DNA from: an uncultured Candidatus Izemoplasmatales bacterium
Lineage (GTDB): Bacteria; Bacillota_I; Bacilli_A; Izemoplasmatales; Izemoplasmataceae
DNA: 25,370 bases
Assembly: GCA_964652375.1 (NCBI GenBank)
Contig: CAZZAP010000027.1
Span: 1-25,370 of the forward strand
Reading direction: 5' to 3'
A program made the translations under genes and the position numbers. Under the pieces are notes generated by a model. That model was given only the letters and a program-made list of their open reading frames with translations, did not search any database and was not told the DNA's origin. Each line of letters opens with the position of its first letter. The first letter of the stretch is position 1. Shown here piece by piece: positions 25,136-25,370 of this stretch.

Positions 25136-25354
25136 ATGAAGAAGTTAATCATTAACAACAATGTTCGAACGCTACGTTTTATGCATGATGAAATGAGTCA
25201 GAAAGATCTAGCTGAAAAGGTTGGTGTTTCAAGGCAGACAATCGTTGCTATTGAGAAGGGGAAATATTCTCCGTCACTTGAACTTTGTTTTAAGATGGCA
25301 AGAGCATTTAATAAAACGGTAGATGAAATATTTTATGTAGAAGAATCCGAATAA
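25136..25354 (+). CDS. Short XRE-family HTH transcriptional regulator (YozG-like, 72 aa)
   Basis: HTH MSQKDLAEKVGVSRQTIVAIEKGKYSPSLELCFKMARAF. The start codon directly abuts the stop of the membrane-protein gene (TAGATG). Confidence 0.8.
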   Translation: MKKLIINNNVRTLRFMHDEMSQKDLAEKVGVSRQTIVAIEKGKYSPSLELCFKMARAFNKTVDEIFYVEESE

Positions 25355-25370
25355 TAAAAAGTCTATTTCT

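Noticed and set aside
1-25370. Looked for CRISPR-like spaced repeats, tandem DNA repeats, tRNA/tmRNA and riboswitch-like long structured leaders
   Set aside because: None were seen by eye. Intergenic regions are short (50-180 bp) and are accounted for by promoters and terminators. The only structured leader is the flotillin hairpin reported above.

Overview
This is a gene-dense, low-GC chromosomal window, probably from a Firmicute. The evidence is strong GGAGG/AGGTGA Shine-Dalgarno sites, sigma-A-like TTGACA/TATAAT promoters, and clean GC-stem/U-run terminators after nearly every transcription unit. I call 29 protein-coding genes and 12 intrinsic terminators. I found no rRNA, tRNA, CRISPR array, IS element or transposon, integrase, or phage genes, and no long DNA-level direct repeats. 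The content is a mix of housekeeping and accessory functions.

Operon 1 is a BtrH_N-like protein, a CotH-kinase-family lipoprotein with three N-terminal repeats, a small cupin, and a DUF523/TudS-family protein. Then plsY runs convergently, followed by a GNAT acetyltransferase. Next come an XRE-cupin regulator flanked by ACGTAA palindromes, a deoxynucleoside kinase, glutathione peroxidase, ribosomal protein L25/Ctc, and a single-PFTB-repeat alpha-toroid protein. SelO is divergent from an ABC-2 exporter with one ATPase and two permeases. The second half holds a LysE exporter, a tightly packed ASCH-NUDIX-membrane protein trio, a circularly permuted GH3 beta-glycosidase next to a GH94-like phosphorylase, a flotillin, a HX4D acyltransferase with a zinc ribbon, and a membrane-protein/mini-XRE pair with a palindromic operator.

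I see no unambiguous novel system such as a defence island or biosynthetic cluster. The most unusual items are the secreted CotH-kinase operon, the permuted GH3 with its orphan phosphorylase partner, the ASCH-NUDIX-membrane module, and the two palindrome-decorated XRE loci. All functional calls rest on motif recognition by eye, not database searches.
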